Shown here: positions 1 through 14,344 of the stretch, piece by piece
How positions within the stretch are numbered: position 1 is the first letter of the stretch
How the letters are laid out: each line of letters opens with the position of its first letter
Source: Chrysomallon squamiferum
Taxonomy: Eukaryota; Animalia; Mollusca
Length of the DNA: 64,000 nt
Direction of reading: 5' to 3'
NCBI GenBank assembly: GCA_012295275.1
Contig: CM022665.1
Coordinates: forward strand, 46,314,001-46,378,000
Made by a program: the position numbers and the translations under genes
Notes under the pieces: model-generated
The model's input: the letters and a program-made list of their open reading frames with translations, nothing else
What the model was told of the DNA's origin: nothing
Databases searched by the model: none

Positions 1-35
<35 letters not shown>

Positions 36-185
36 TAATAATAACTGTAGCAGTGGTAGTAGTGGTAGTAGTAATGGTAATAGTAGCAGTAGTAGTACTA
101 GTAGTAGGAGGAGGAATAATAGTAGTAGCAATAATAATAATAACAACAACAACAATAATAGTAACAATAATATTAGTAATGGTAG

Positions 186-216
<31 letters not shown>

Positions 217-307
217 AATAGAAATTATAATAATAATAGTAATAATAACAACAATAATATAGAATAATAATAATAACAATAATTATAATAATAAGTAATA
301 ATAATAA

Positions 308-338
<31 letters not shown>

Positions 339-385
339 AAGAAGAAGACGACATAGAAGAAAAATAAATACAACAACAACAACAT
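1..385. repeat. Compound trinucleotide microsatellite (AAT/AGT/AAG/AAC)
   Basis: Directly visible; explains the poly-V/I/L/Y ORFs. Confidence 0.95.
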
Positions 386-409
386 CAGTAATAATTTTAA
401 AAATCTCAC

Positions 410-623
410 CTGCCATCACTAGGGTAGAGTTGAATGTTTCTGAAAACTATTTTAACCTTTTCGTGCGGCCCAGCTATGAAATGATATTGGCAGCTGTAGT
501 TGGGCTTATAATTCTGGGGGTAAAAGGGAGAGAAAAAGTTCCCAGATTTTTTATTTTTATTGCTATCAAAATAATATGTACACGGTGTTCCTGGAATCTT
601 GGTTCCATCTATAGTGAACTGGT
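410..623 (-). CDS. sol-1: Internal coding exon, N-terminal half of CUB domain 2: (N)QFTIDGTKIPGTPCTYYFDSNKNKKSGNFFSPFYPQNYKPNYSCQYHFIAGPHEKVKIVFRNIQLYPSDG
   Basis: Acceptor CTACTTTCAG| and donor AG|GTGAGA. 214 nt = 2+70x3+2 with no stops. CUB signature C...G.F.SP.YP..Y.....C.Y.F......V.I.F. Its phase-1 start matches the donor of exon 9429-9652. The ORF track misses it. Confidence 0.93.
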
Positions 624-749
624 CTGAAAGTAGACAAAGTGAAATGTTGATAAAAAAAAAAAAAAATAAATAAATTTGATTGGGAATTTCATGGGTTCAA
701 AGTCTGAAAATAAATGTAAAATAAATGAATTAAGTAATTAAGTAATTAA

Positions 750-927
750 ATAAATAAATAAATAATAAAATTAAATAGTAATTAAGTAAATAAATAAATT
801 AATATACAAATAAATAAATAAATAATAAAACCAAATAGTAATTAAGTAAATAAATAAATTAATATACAAATAAATAAATAAATAATAAAATCAAATAGTA
901 ATTAAGTAAATAAATAAATTAATATAC

Positions 928-959
<32 letters not shown>

Positions 960-960
960 A
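750..960. repeat. 60-bp AT-rich tandem repeat, about 3 copies
   Basis: ATTAAGTAAATAAATAAATTAATATACAAATAAATAAATAAATAA recurs at 781, 841 and 901. Confidence 0.85.
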
Positions 961-1415
961 AGTTATAAAAAGATTTAAACAAATAAATAAATAAATAATT
1001 AAAATAAAATGGAAATAAAATACAAAAAAATAAATAAATATATAAATAAAATAAATAAGTTATAAAGCAAAAAAAATTATATTAAATAAAAAAAAAAAAA
1101 AAAAAAAAAATAAAAAAAAAAAAAAAAAAAAAAATTAAAAAAAATAAAAAAAACCGAGAAAAAAAAAAACCCACCAAAAAACAAATATAAAATTAAAATA
1201 AAAATCTAGAAAAAACAAAAAAATGAATAAAAAAACAAATGAATAAATAAAATAATGAAATTAAAAAAAATAAAATAACAGCAAATAGCTGCATACATAA
1301 ATAAATACCATTATGCAAATGAACAAATACTTTAACAACAATAAATTTTATATTAAGAATGTTTTATATAGGTTAAATTTATTTCAGCATTATTTGGGAA
1401 CATCATATTTCCTAT

Positions 1416-1455
<40 letters not shown>

Positions 1456-2888
1456 TGTGTTTTCAAGTGTGCATGTTTTTTATATATTTACATGATATAA
1501 TGATGTTACTATACATGTCAGAGTACCTTTAAAAACATGTGTATGTGTATAATTTTATACATGTGTATATACACATGCAGTAATAATTTTTTATTTGTAA
1601 ATTTATTAATTTATAACAAAAACTACTTTCTCTAAACATAAAAACAGTTGACAACTGATTAATCACTCTTGCTATTATTCTCCAGTTTAGATAACAAGAT
1701 GGCTGCCATACAATCATTTAGTTATTAAAATTAAACTTAGTTTTAGAAAACTTTCAACAGTTTATAGATAAAAGCTAAGCTAGTGCAAGAATGTTAAAGC
1801 ACATAATCAATGGACTGCTTTGAAAAATGATAATAGAGGGTTTTGGGTGTAAGTAGAAATAACAGGTCTGAAATTGAAAAATTTAGGAAAGCTATTCAGA
1901 CACACTAGAAAAAAAATATTGAAAAAGTTTAAAACACAGTGAGATAAAATAACTCAGTAATGTTAATTTTATAAACATATTTTTAATAAATATTAATATT
2001 ATTATTGTTGTTGTTGTTTTGCCCTATTAAGAATTACAGACAAAAATCTTTAATGAAGATAAAAGTAAATTAAATAATAATTTAATTAATATCTTTAGCA
2101 AAGTGAATTTAATTGAAATATTAATTTGCTATTTTAAAAATCACAATTAAGACAAAATAACACAATTTGTTTTTATGTAAATTAGTTAATTTTAATAATT
2201 ATTTTATATACAATTTCTTAATTTTACAATTTTCACTTAGGTAATTTTCAATACATCTGTTTTATTTAAAATCTTTTATTTATAACATATATACATATAA
2301 ATAAATGATTTTAAATATATAAAAACACGTATTTAAAATTACGTGACTGAAAATCATAAAATTAAAATATTCTCGTTACTCTCTTATGATTAAAAATATT
2401 CTCTAGACAAATCCTGTTATTAATTAACAAAATTAATTAATTATTTTTAATAACAAATTACAGAAGTCAGAGTATGAAAGACATAAGTTCAAGCAGTGCT
2501 TGCCTGCCACACTGAAATATTGAGAAAGTTTCACATCTAGAAAAAAAAGTTGTGCCAGGTAAAATTTAAATTTTTATTGTATTGATATTTTAGCAGTCAG
2601 TTTTGAGAAAGATAAAATACCTGGATTAAAAAAAAAAAAAATTAAATAAAATAAAGAAGAAAAATAGAGAGATTTATAGATAAAATAAATATTATTAATA
2701 ATAAGAATGAGAGTTAGAATTAAAGAATTAGATAAAATGTATTAGAAATTCTGAAAATATTATTTTTTAATTCTATTTAAAAATAATTTTGTAAAATTTT
2801 TAATTTTAAATTTTGATTTATATAATCAAAATATTCAAAAAACAAACAAAAAGAAAAGAAATAAAAACTAAATATAAAATTGCAGTCA

Positions 2889-2927
<39 letters not shown>

Positions 2928-3323
2928 AATAATTTTAAAAAACTAAACAATAAATTAAAAAATTAAAAAATAAATATATAAAAACAATTAAAAAGAAAAT
3001 TAAATTAAAAAAAAAAATCAAATTTACCTTTTAAATTAGACTACAGATGAAATCTCCAAAGCATCTTATTGTGAATATATTTAGAAATTTTATTTTGATT
3101 TAGAATCAAAGTTCCATGGCTACCTCATAAAATTCCATTTAAGAATTTAAAATCCAGTGAAGCACGACTGTTTTTAAAAGTTCAACATAATAAACATGTC
3201 AAGTAAGCTAAATAATGAAAATTTATCTACAACAATTACACCAGAACAAGCTAAATATAAAACTATAACTGTTTTTTTTATTTTACATTTATCATGACTT
3301 AAATATAACATTTATTTTAAAAG

Positions 3324-3357
<34 letters not shown>

Positions 3358-5073
3358 CATAAAAAATTTTTTAAAAAAAATAATTAAATAAATAAAAAAA
3401 AAAAAAAAATTTTTTTTTATTAATTTGATAGATGTTTTGGCTTGTAGTAAATAAATTAAAATTAGTTATCTCTTGATCTAAATTTTATGAAAGAGTAAAA
3501 CTATTAAGAAGTCAGTTTGATAATGAGTTTCACTTTAATAAAACTATCTTTGTAACAAAAGAATTAAAATATATATTATATCTTCATGATATATAATTAG
3601 TATAATAATTTATACTATAAAGAATAAAATCTGGATGCATTTTTTTTATTATTATTAATTTATTAAAATTAATTAAAGCCTGAAATATAGATATTTTTTT
3701 GAAGTGGACCAAAAATTCAAATATGTAATTAAAAGAAAAATAAATAAATAAAATTAAAGGGATCAAAGTGATGAAGAAGCAGTAAATAGATAAAAAATAA
3801 AGCAATGAAAAATTATAAATAAATAAATAACTTAAAAAAATAAAAATTCAAAATTCAAAAAAATAATTTAAAAATCACAGCAATAAAAAATTTAAATATT
3901 TATAAATTAATATTAAAATAAATAAATAAATAAATAAAATTAAGGTTTTATTTACTTCATTATTTTTTTTTTTAAATAGTTGAAAAACTTTAGAAGGAAT
4001 AGATTTAATAAATATTTAAAAATTAAAATGTTATATAAAAATATTTTAACAGCTAAAATACCAATGTCCCTATTCAATTGCTCTAAATAATTAAAAAAAA
4101 AAAAAAAAAAAATAAATTAAATTGTGTAATGAAGCAATATTAAAGTAAAAGTTAATGATTAAAAATATTTAAATATTTATAGATTTTAAAACTATTTTTT
4201 TAAAATGTTTTGTGAATTAATTTAATAGTTTAAAGTATTAATGAAAATTGAAAAAAAACAAATAATTAAAAATAAAAATTTGTAAAACTTTTACTGAAAT
4301 ATTTATGACTTACAAAATTTGTCTTCTTTCCAGTATTATTTTTTAAAAAAACAACAACAAAAAAAAGGTAAAAAAAAACATTTACTAATTATTTTTATAT
4401 CTTAGAAACAAAATTTGAAAATGTTTGGACATTTGAATCATGAATTTTGTGAAATTGTTTTCAGTTCTTACATTAGACTTACATTAAATGAAATATTTAA
4501 ACAAGGAATTTTAAATTTATTTTTTTTTTAAAAGAAATAATAATATATACATATATATGTGTGTAAGTTAAATAAAACAGATAAATCATAAATAATAGTA
4601 ATAAAAAAGTAAGTAACTTACTAACTAACTAACTAAACAATTAAATACATTAATTAATTAATTAATTAATAATACAATAAATAAATAAGTAAATAGTTAC
4701 TAAACAAACGGAAACAAATAAAATATTAAATAAACAAATAAAGATATGAAAGAAAATCCGTTATAAAAAAGCAGTAACAGTTTTTGAGAGGGAGACAACT
4801 CTTGATATTAACAATTTAGAAGTTCTAATTAATTTATATTGAAATTTACACAGCAAAATTTCTTTTTTATTTATTTTAACCATATTAATTAGATTATTTT
4901 ATATCATTTAGTGCATTTACATTATTAATATTACCTAATCCTATATATATATGTTTATATATATTTTACATGTTTAAATATGAAGTATACTTTAATTTAA
5001 TTACAGTATATACATTAAATTATTTAATTAAATTCACTGTATATAATATATACATATATACATACATACATAC

Positions 5074-5106
<33 letters not shown>

Positions 5107-5583
5107 CATATATGAGTTATTTTACAAAATCTTAATAATTAGTAATATATTTATATGTGTCAAACTAATTAGTTAATTCACACTCAGCTGTTAATTAATT
5201 CATTTATATCCCTCTCATGCATTATTTATCTTCCATTTGTCGTATTAATCAGAGTATTTTCTCATCTGACGTTTGACAAAAAAAAAAAATGAACTGTTAG
5301 TCTGAACAAGACATCACTTAATATTTTCACAAACACCCCCCCCATCTCAACAACCACCACAAAAAAAACAATTAACCTGATGAATAAGTAACTTAATTTT
5401 AATAGCAGCAGAATTCCCAGGAACTTCACGCTTCGACGAGCACCATTAAGCACAAACGAGAAATTATGTTACGGACAGAAATATTGATCACACGTTTTTC
5501 GACGAAAAAAGAGAGAAAAAATATCCTCAGTATTTTTAGTGCTGTTTCTTGTTTGTGTCAGACATCAAAAGAATCGTAAAGGA

Positions 5584-5626
<43 letters not shown>

Positions 5627-5739
5627 AAAAAAATGTGATGGATTAACTGGTTTATGTGACAAGGATCAATAATAGAAATAATAACAGTATAATTTATAAA
5701 AGAAGCAAAGCAATAAAACAGTGTAGAAGACAATAAATG

Positions 5740-6150
5740 AAGAGATAGATATGTAGATATGTAGATAAATAAATAGATAAACAGATAGATAGATAAACAG
5801 ATAGATGAATTGATGGATAGATAAAGAACCAACTAGATAGATAGATACATAGATAAATAAATAAATAAAAATAAATAAATAGATAAATAGATGAATAGAT
5901 ATACAGATAGATAAATAGATAGATAGACAGATAGATAAATAGAGAGATACACAGATAGATAGATAGATAGATAGATAAAAAAAAAAGATAGATAGATAAA
6001 TAAATAAATAAATAAAAATAAATAAATAGATAAATAGATATATAGACAGGTATATATAGATAGATAAATAAATAAAAAACCAACTAAATAGATAGATAGA
6101 TAGATAAAAAAAAAAAAAAAAAATAAATAAATAAATAAATAAATAACAAA
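5740..6150. repeat. (AGAT)/(AAAT) compound microsatellite
   Basis: Directly visible; source of the YLSI/YLFI ORFs. Confidence 0.9.
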
Positions 6151-7852
6151 AACAAAAACAAACAAACAAATAAAAATATTTATAATAAAACAGTATTAAA
6201 AATAAAAATGATCCTTATGTTTATGATAATAACTAACAAACAGCAAAACAAAAAAAGTATTAAACAAAAAAACAACAAATATAAACAAAATAAAGTATAA
6301 AATAAAGTAGTAAATTATTGTTAAAAAATAGTTAAATAAATATATAAATGACTGGCAACTTGAATTTTGAAAATATTTAAGGGATATTTAAGCAATCAAC
6401 AGCAAATGAAATGAAATGACTTTTTAATATCTGGTTATTTTGTGGTTAATTTCATATTTTAATTATCATATTAATGCACTTATTATAAATTAATGATACA
6501 AGATCAGTTTTACTTTAAGTTTTAATCATGGACAGAATTTTATTCAGAATGAAAACTAACACACAAAAAAAAAATGTTTCAATGCACATTAATCAATAAA
6601 TAATAATTATGGTGTGAGACCATTAGAACCTTCCATCTCTCTAATTGTTTTTTTTTTTTTTGGTTTTTTTATAAAATGTACCGTGTAAAACTGAGATCAA
6701 GAGCCCGGTACAGATGTGCTTGAACCTTGTAGAAGTAAACACACTGACTGATTGATCACTTAACCAAATTACACGCTGCAAGAACTTTTAATTCCATTAA
6801 CAGACGCAAAACAGATTAATACCAGACTTATGTAAAATGCAGGAGCACATCTGCAGATTGGGAAAAGCAGTACCATCTACTTGTTTGCCGCAAACTCTTT
6901 ATTTGTTTAACCTTTTTTTTTTTTTTAAAGTATTATATAAATTTATAAATTTATATTCTGAAAAATGTTATTTTTAGTTGGTTGTGTACTTAATTTTTGT
7001 TCAATCTAAAAAAAAAAAAAAAAAAAAATTAAAAAATTGCAATATATATGTTATATTTGCTTAAGGATAAACTTATAAAGATAAAAAAATAAAATTTAAT
7101 TATTACTTTTTTGTATGTTTTTTGTTATATAGTTTTTAAATCTTTGTAAATTTATTTTTTGTCATTTATATATTGTGTTAATTTAACCGTTGAATTTTTG
7201 TTTTGATGATTGTTTGGCAATCATTTTATTTTGCCTTTACCATAGCCTGACATCAAATTACTAATGAATTTTATGCAGGGATATCATTAAACATTCATTC
7301 TAAGTAAATTTAATACTTGTCACTTTTTTACGATTTGGTCTTAAATATAAATAACTCATTTTTGTTTAATCTTTTTTCAGTTAATAATTTAATTGACTTT
7401 TCGTAATAACCATAAAATTACTCATTTTTTTTTGTTCTTGCTTTGTTTCATTTTTTTGAAATTTATATTTAATAAATTTAATATATCATTTTAGAATTTT
7501 TGTATAGGTAATTAACTTTTGTTTTAGTGGTTGTCATTCTTATATCTAATAAATTTCATATGAAAGAAATTTTGTTTAAAAAATTTTCTTTCATTTCTAT
7601 GCTGTAATTATTATCTGCCAAAAACATTTAATATGAAAGGAGTTTAGAATTTATTGTTTTTAAGATGTTATTTTTATACTGTATCTTTTCTTTTCCTTTT
7701 TTTTTTTTCTTCTGTGAACCAACAATTTATTACAAAGGAAGTGTTTAGAAATTTAATTTTATGTCTTTCTTTTTTAACATCATTAAATTTATTATAAAAT
7801 AAAATTTTATAAATATTTCTTTTTCTTCTGTTACATTTAAATATATTCAATA

Positions 7853-8390
7853 AAAGGAATATTGTCAAAAAAAAAAAAAATTATAATTTTTAATTCATCC
7901 AAACAATATAATAATAAAATAAAAAAATGAATACTTAAATTTCAGATATTTAGTGATTTAAAAAAAAGAACAATTATCTAACAAATTCACTATTAAAGGA
8001 ATATAAAAAAAAAAAAAAAAAAAAAAATTAAAATTTTTAATTCATCCAAACAATATAAAAATAAAATAAAAAATGAATACTTAAATTTCAGATATTTAGT
8101 GATTTAAAAAAAAAGAACAATTATCTAACAAATTCACTATTAAAGGAATATTGTCAAAAAAAAAAAAAAAAAATTAAAATTTTTAATTCATCCAAACAAT
8201 ATAAAAATAAAATAAAAAATGAATACTTAAAAAAAAAAAAAAAAGAACAATTATCTAACAAATTCACTATTAAAGGAATATCCAAAAAAAAAAAAAAAAA
8301 AAAATTAAAATTTTTAATTCATCCAAACAATATAAAAATAAAAAATAAAAATTAATAGTTAAATTTCAGATATTTAGTGATTTAAAAAAA
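7853..8390. repeat. Tandem repeat of about 130-147 bp, about 4 copies
   Basis: AAAGGAATAT...(A)n...TTTTTAATTCATCCAAACAATATAA...GAACAATTATCTAACAAATTCACTATT starts at 7853, 7995, 8142 and 8272. Confidence 0.9.
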
Positions 8391-9428
8391 AGATAGATTA
8401 TACAGTTTTTATGTAAAACCAAAAAACAAATGGTAGATAGACAGTAGATGAGATAAAGATTACAAAGCAGGACACCAATGGCTAAAAGGTTTTTTTAGGA
8501 TTACCATAAGGTAGAAATTTATAACGAATATTGTAAAAATCTTCACTCTGTTCCATAGATATTTCTGAAACACAACACAGTGAAACAATGAGACTGTGAA
8601 ATATTATGAAATGCGTTGGCTGTGACATACAAAATATATTTCACAGAGGCTTTTGTCCATGTATGATACTTTTAGTCTCTGTAACTAGGTTATACAAAAT
8701 ATATGTCACAGAGACTTTTGTCTTTGTATATTTTTGTATATTTTTTGCCTCTGTATCTTTAAACTAAATTATACAAAATATATTTCAGAGACTTTTGTCC
8801 ATGTATTTTTATTATTTACTATCATTTTTAAGAATGTTTTGTCAATTCATATTTAGATAATTAATTATTTTTGTTTTGCTATGTAGTGTAATATTAAAAT
8901 ATTATTTGTTTTCTCAAAATGTCTGTATGTAAAAGGTTATTATGTTTTTACTATATACCATAATATTAATTTTTTCTCCCATGTAATTAACATTGTAATT
9001 AATTTTATATAAAAAAAATATTAAAATACATATATATAAAAAAATGTTTATCATTATTTATAAACATAAATAACAACTATTTCCCCTAAACCATTGAAAA
9101 ATTCCCTATTTAAACTTAACCTTACTATTTTTTTAAATCATATTTATCAAATTACACTATAAAATAGTTTTGTTTTGTACTTTTCAATTATTTATTTAAA
9201 AAAACAACAAATCTATCAGATTCAATTTTGTTTTCCTTAATTAAAAAAAAAAAAAAAAAAAAAAAAAATAATAAAAATAATTACACTAACTTTTTATTTC
9301 ACCTTCTTCAGTTTTATTTAAAGAAGATAATAAATATTTTATTTTTACTTCAGAAAAAAAAAAATACAGAAACCCAAAACAACAAATGTAAAATGAAAAT
9401 TTTTTTTTTTTTTTTTATAAATCCTCAC

Positions 9429-9652
9429 TTTTGTCCAAAAACTGGTATCGCCCTTGGAAACCAGTGAAGTTGCCGGGATACCCGTCAGCATGGAGCTCCA
9501 GAATGAGGCTGCGACTGGCTGAGTAATACTTTTTCCCGTACTTTTTCCCGATCATAGTAATGTTACCACACAATTCTAAATCATATCTGTTGTGTTCGTT
9601 AACCTCTGGTCTGTCGAGGTTTAAAAACAGTCTCAAGAAATCTGTACACACA
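9429..9652 (-). CDS. sol-1: Internal coding exon, C-terminal half of CUB domain 1: VCTDFLRLFLNLDRPEVNEHNRYDLELCGNITMIGKKYGKKYYSASRSLILELHADGYPGNFTGFQGRYQFLDK
   Basis: Acceptor (TTTA)n-TTTTTCAG| and donor A|GTGAGG. 224 nt = 1+74x3+1. CUB motifs C..DFL, LCG, S....L.L..H.D and GF.G.Y. Lies within ORF 9415..9732. Phase 2 in and phase 1 out match both neighbouring exons. Confidence 0.94.
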
Positions 9653-10259
9653 CTGAAAAATAAATAAATAAATAAATAAATAAATAAATACATAAATAAA
9701 TAAGTAAATAAATAAGTAAATAAATAAATCAATCAATCACTAAATAAATATATAAATAAATAAATAAATAAATTAGCATGTAAGAAAGTAAGTAAGTACA
9801 TAAATAAATAAATAAATTAGCTAAAATAAATAAAGTAAGTAAATAAATAAAATAAAAATAAAATAAATAAATAAATAAATAAATAAGTAGGTAAATAAAA
9901 AAATAAATAAAATAAAAAATAAAATAAAAGTAAGTAAGTAAGTAAAGTAAAGTAATAAATAAATAAAATAAATAAGTAAGTAACTAAGTAAGTAAAAATA
10001 AGTAAATAAACAAATAATAAACAAATATATTTTTTACAAATAACAACCGAAATCTTTTCTCTATTGTCAAGGTGTTCTCTTCATAAATATATTTTTAATT
10101 TCATTTTTTAATTTTAAATACAATATAAACATCTTATATCATGGGTTAAAAATAGGATACATAATTAAAAATAATAAACCAAAATAATCATATATGAGAT
10201 AATATCTTTTTCTTCCTCAACTATTTCAGACAAAATATACATTTATTAGTTACTGTAAC

Positions 10260-10292
<33 letters not shown>

Positions 10293-10482
10293 TGAATAAA
10301 TTCTACAGATATATGCTGTAGATGGTATATATATATATATATATTCATGAGTGAGGGGTTCAGTTTGTTTTCACATTTAAGGAATTTAAGTAAAAGAAAG
10401 ATAAAATTCTGGTTCAAGCAAACAGAAGCCATTTTTTAAAATTTCACTGGGTCCACCTGATAACCTGAAAATTCACATATGT

Positions 10483-10532
<50 letters not shown>

Positions 10533-10592
10533 AAAAACAAACAACATGCAACGAAATACACCAACCAATTAACATATTAATCTGTTTTCTCT

Positions 10593-10631
<39 letters not shown>

Positions 10632-11974
10632 GCTCTTTTCTCGCTGGCAGTAAAGAAATGAGTTTCGCCTCCCAAGGGAGATAATTAATGATGGAGCCCC
10701 ATCTGGTGTGTGGTTTAATTGGCATGTTAGTGTGACAAATGGATCAACATGTAAGTCTAAACCTTCTGTCTTCTGACTGGCAACATGAACAGTTTTAACA
10801 CACACAACATTACTGGTGTGTGATACATACAGGCTTGTTGGCTGTGGGTGTAGTTGTGGCTAGTCAGAGAGGTAGATGTATGAATCGTTGTCCTTGTCTC
10901 TCATGGTACTGAAACTGTGGATACCGAAAATATCATTTTGTGACCCGATACCAGAAAATGTGTGCTAAGTATCTGTTTAGGTTTTATTTCAGTTTTTGCT
11001 ACTGTTATTAAATATGATGATGATGATGATGGTGATGATGAGGATGATGATAATAGTAATTTTGACTCATATTTGTCATATTTCTTTTTACACATTTTGT
11101 GAATTAAAACATACATTGAGCAACTTTCTGTTGTTAATTTGGCTATAGATGTTAGAAGAAGGAAAACAAATATAATGAAATAAAAAATGAAATAAATAAA
11201 TAAATATAAATAAATAAAAATAAATAAATAAATAAATATATAAATATAAATAAATAAATAAAAATAACAATAAAATAAAATGTATTAAACAAAAATTTTA
11301 AAAACCATCTATCACTTCTTTCTTAAGAACAAACACACTGAGTTACTTTACGTGACTTTCATGGAAACTGGTCACATAAGACTTTCACAACAACTGAACA
11401 TATCTATACTATTTTTTTCTGAATTTTGTCCTTTTTTTTTTCTTTTTTTGTTTTGTCCACTCCACTGACTAAAACAATTAATTTTCTTTCTATTTTTTTT
11501 TTTTGCCTCAAGAAAATTCATGACCTGTATGGTGATATGTTGCTATGGTAATATTATCACTATTTTCTTTTTTCTTTTTTTTATTCTGAACAGAACCAAA
11601 TGACCGACAAGTATTTCAGTCTGATCCAACAAGTGGAAAATAAAATTTAACTCAAACTGACAAAACGAAAGACAAGCTGGATAAATGGCAGTTAAAAAAA
11701 AAAAAAAAAAAGAAAGAAAAAAGAAAAAAGAAAAGAAAATGAACGATTTTTGAAAAAAATATCAGAAAAGTTAATATTCTGTTTCCTCATGGGGAAAGAC
11801 TCAACAACAGAAATTTCATCTCATGTTTGAAGTTGAAACTGGGTTAACATGACCTGACGCATGATGAAAAGAAGGAGAAGAAGAAGAAGAAGAAGAAGAA
11901 AAAATTAAAGAGAAAATTAGCAGCAAAAAAAGAAGAGAAAAGCAATAACACAACCAGAATGAATATATTTTAAA

Positions 11975-12008
<34 letters not shown>

Positions 12009-12075
12009 AATAATATAACAATAATAATAATAATAAGGATAATAATAATAATGATGATAATAATAATAATATAAC

Positions 12076-12106
<31 letters not shown>

Positions 12107-12160
12107 GCTATAATAATAAATATAATAATATAATAGCAATAATAATAATAATAATAATAA

Positions 12161-12205
<45 letters not shown>

Positions 12206-12495
12206 GTAGTGAAAGAAGAATCAAAAAAGAAGATAAAAACCCAAAGAAATATATTACATACAACTAATAGCAATAGTTTATAAAGAAAACTAAAATAACT
12301 GCCACCATCTTCTTTCGGTAAGCAAGATACCAAAAACGAAAAGCTTAAAAAAAAAAAAAATAGCTCTAAAAAGAAAAATGTAAAAAACCCAACAAAACCA
12401 AGTAAAAAACAATCCACTTTTAAAAAAAACACCAAAAACAACAAAAAAAAAAGAAAAAAAAAATGGTGGAAAAAGTGACACTCCCAGACTGTTGC

Positions 12496-12542
<47 letters not shown>

Positions 12543-13679
12543 TTCAGTTTGCTCTGATTGGCTGCTGTTTTCCCAAGTCGAGGCCAAAGTTTAGACAAAG
12601 ATTCAGACTACAAACGTTGCTCTGGGCAGGAGGCTGGCGCGGTTGCTGCCAATAAAACACGTTTTTCCCCCATCTCTCTCCAGTCATCCACAATTTCGCC
12701 GTTGTCGTTGTCATTGTTGGTGTGCGTCCCCCCCCACACACACATGACATGGTCACGACGACGATGATGACCACGTCCCCGAAGGAGTCGAGCAGTTTAA
12801 TAGTTTTTCTCAGCGTCCCCTGTTTATTGCCGACGTGTCAAACTGCGACGTTCACGAGGGAATTGTTTTGTCATTACTTTTAGAAGTGAATGGGTTATTT
12901 TGCCAGCTTGCCTCACTGGGATTTGATCTGCCATTAGTTTTTTTTTTGTTTTATAAAAAAAAACTTGTCTCTCTCACACGCAACAACACAAGCTCAACTG
13001 AGGACAAGTGTCAGAACTGGAAAATTGTTTCTGTTTATTGAGATTAAAAACATATTTTTTTCCTGTCGTGTTTGTCTGTCCATACTGGAACGAAAACCGT
13101 GTTCTCTGACACAGTTCGGCTGGGATTGTGGGTTATTCAGTTCCATGAAATATGTGCTTGAACTTTCAGTAGAGGTGTATGTTTGTGTGTAGTCAAGAAT
13201 TGTTTTTTGTTTTTATTGGATTCATGTGCGTTCTGTTTTATCATAGAGTGTGTTAATTTGAAATGGAAAACAGTTGTGTAGAATGATGTGTGTGTGTGTG
13301 TGTGTTTGTTCTTCCTCTGTTGTGAATTGTTTATCAAAGATTGTGGTATGTGCTGTTCTGTTAGATATCTGTTTTTGTGTTTGCTATGAATAATAATAAG
13401 ATATTGATGATGGTAATAAATTTATCTTTGTCTTGTTAACTAAATAAATAAAAAAAAAAAAAAAAAGTAAATAAAAATAAAATAAAATAGAATAAAATGA
13501 AAAAATAAAAAATTTAAAAAAAAAGAAGAAAAAACCCAATAAAATGCAATAAAATAAAATAAAATAAATACAATAATAATAATAAAATAAAATAAAATAA
13601 AATAAAATAATATGAATATCTTACTGATCCATGTATTTTTATATTTTGCTTACAATACAGATATACTACATTTGTGTAT

Positions 13680-14283
13680 ATCTGTACAAAGCGTGTGTGT
13701 AAATTAAATCTGGGTATCTGTGTCTGAAAATAAACACATAGATAATGTGTACTTCCTGGTTACCTGTGTGTACACAGCATGTGTGTAAATTAAATCTGGG
13801 TATCTGTGTCTGAAAATAAACACACAGATAATCTGTACTTCCTGGTTACCTGTGTACATACAGTATGTGTGTAAATTAAATCTGGGTATCTGTGTTTGAA
13901 AATAAACACACAGATAATGTGTACTTCCTGGTTACCTGTGTGTACACAGCATGTGTGTAAATTAATTCTGGGTATCTGTGTCTGAAAATAAACACACAGA
14001 TAATGTGTACTTCCTGGTTACCTGTGTGTACAAAGTATGTGTGTAAATTAAATCTGGGTATCTGTGTTTGAAAAAAAAACACAGATAATGTGTACTTCCT
14101 GGTTACCTGTGTGTACAAAGTGTGTGTGTAAATTAATTCTGGGTATCTGTGTCTGAAAATAAACACACAGATAATGTGTACTTCCTGGTTACCTGTGTGT
14201 ACAAAGTATGTGTGTAAATTAAATCTGGGTATCTGTGTCTGAAATAAACACACAGATAATGTGTACTTCCTGGTTACCTGTGC
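13680..14283. repeat. 86-bp tandem repeat, 7 near-identical copies
   Basis: TACCTG at 13761, 13847, 13933, 14019, 14104, 14190 and 14275. Unit GTGTGTAAATTAAATCTGGGTATCTGTGTCTGAAAATAAACACACAGATAATGTGTACTTCCTGGTTACCTGTGTGTACA.... Confidence 0.97.
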
Positions 14284-14344
14284 CATTGAGTGTTAATTAG
14301 CTGATAGTGTGAGAAGAAACTGAATCCAGTGAATGAAAGAATGC

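Noticed and set aside
3022-3046. Possible 13-nt micro-exon (TGTAG|TCTAATTTAAAAG|GTAAAT) in the CUB1-CUB2 intron
   Set aside because: Weak pyrimidine tract, not frame-preserving, and an immediate stop; expected by chance in AT-rich DNA.
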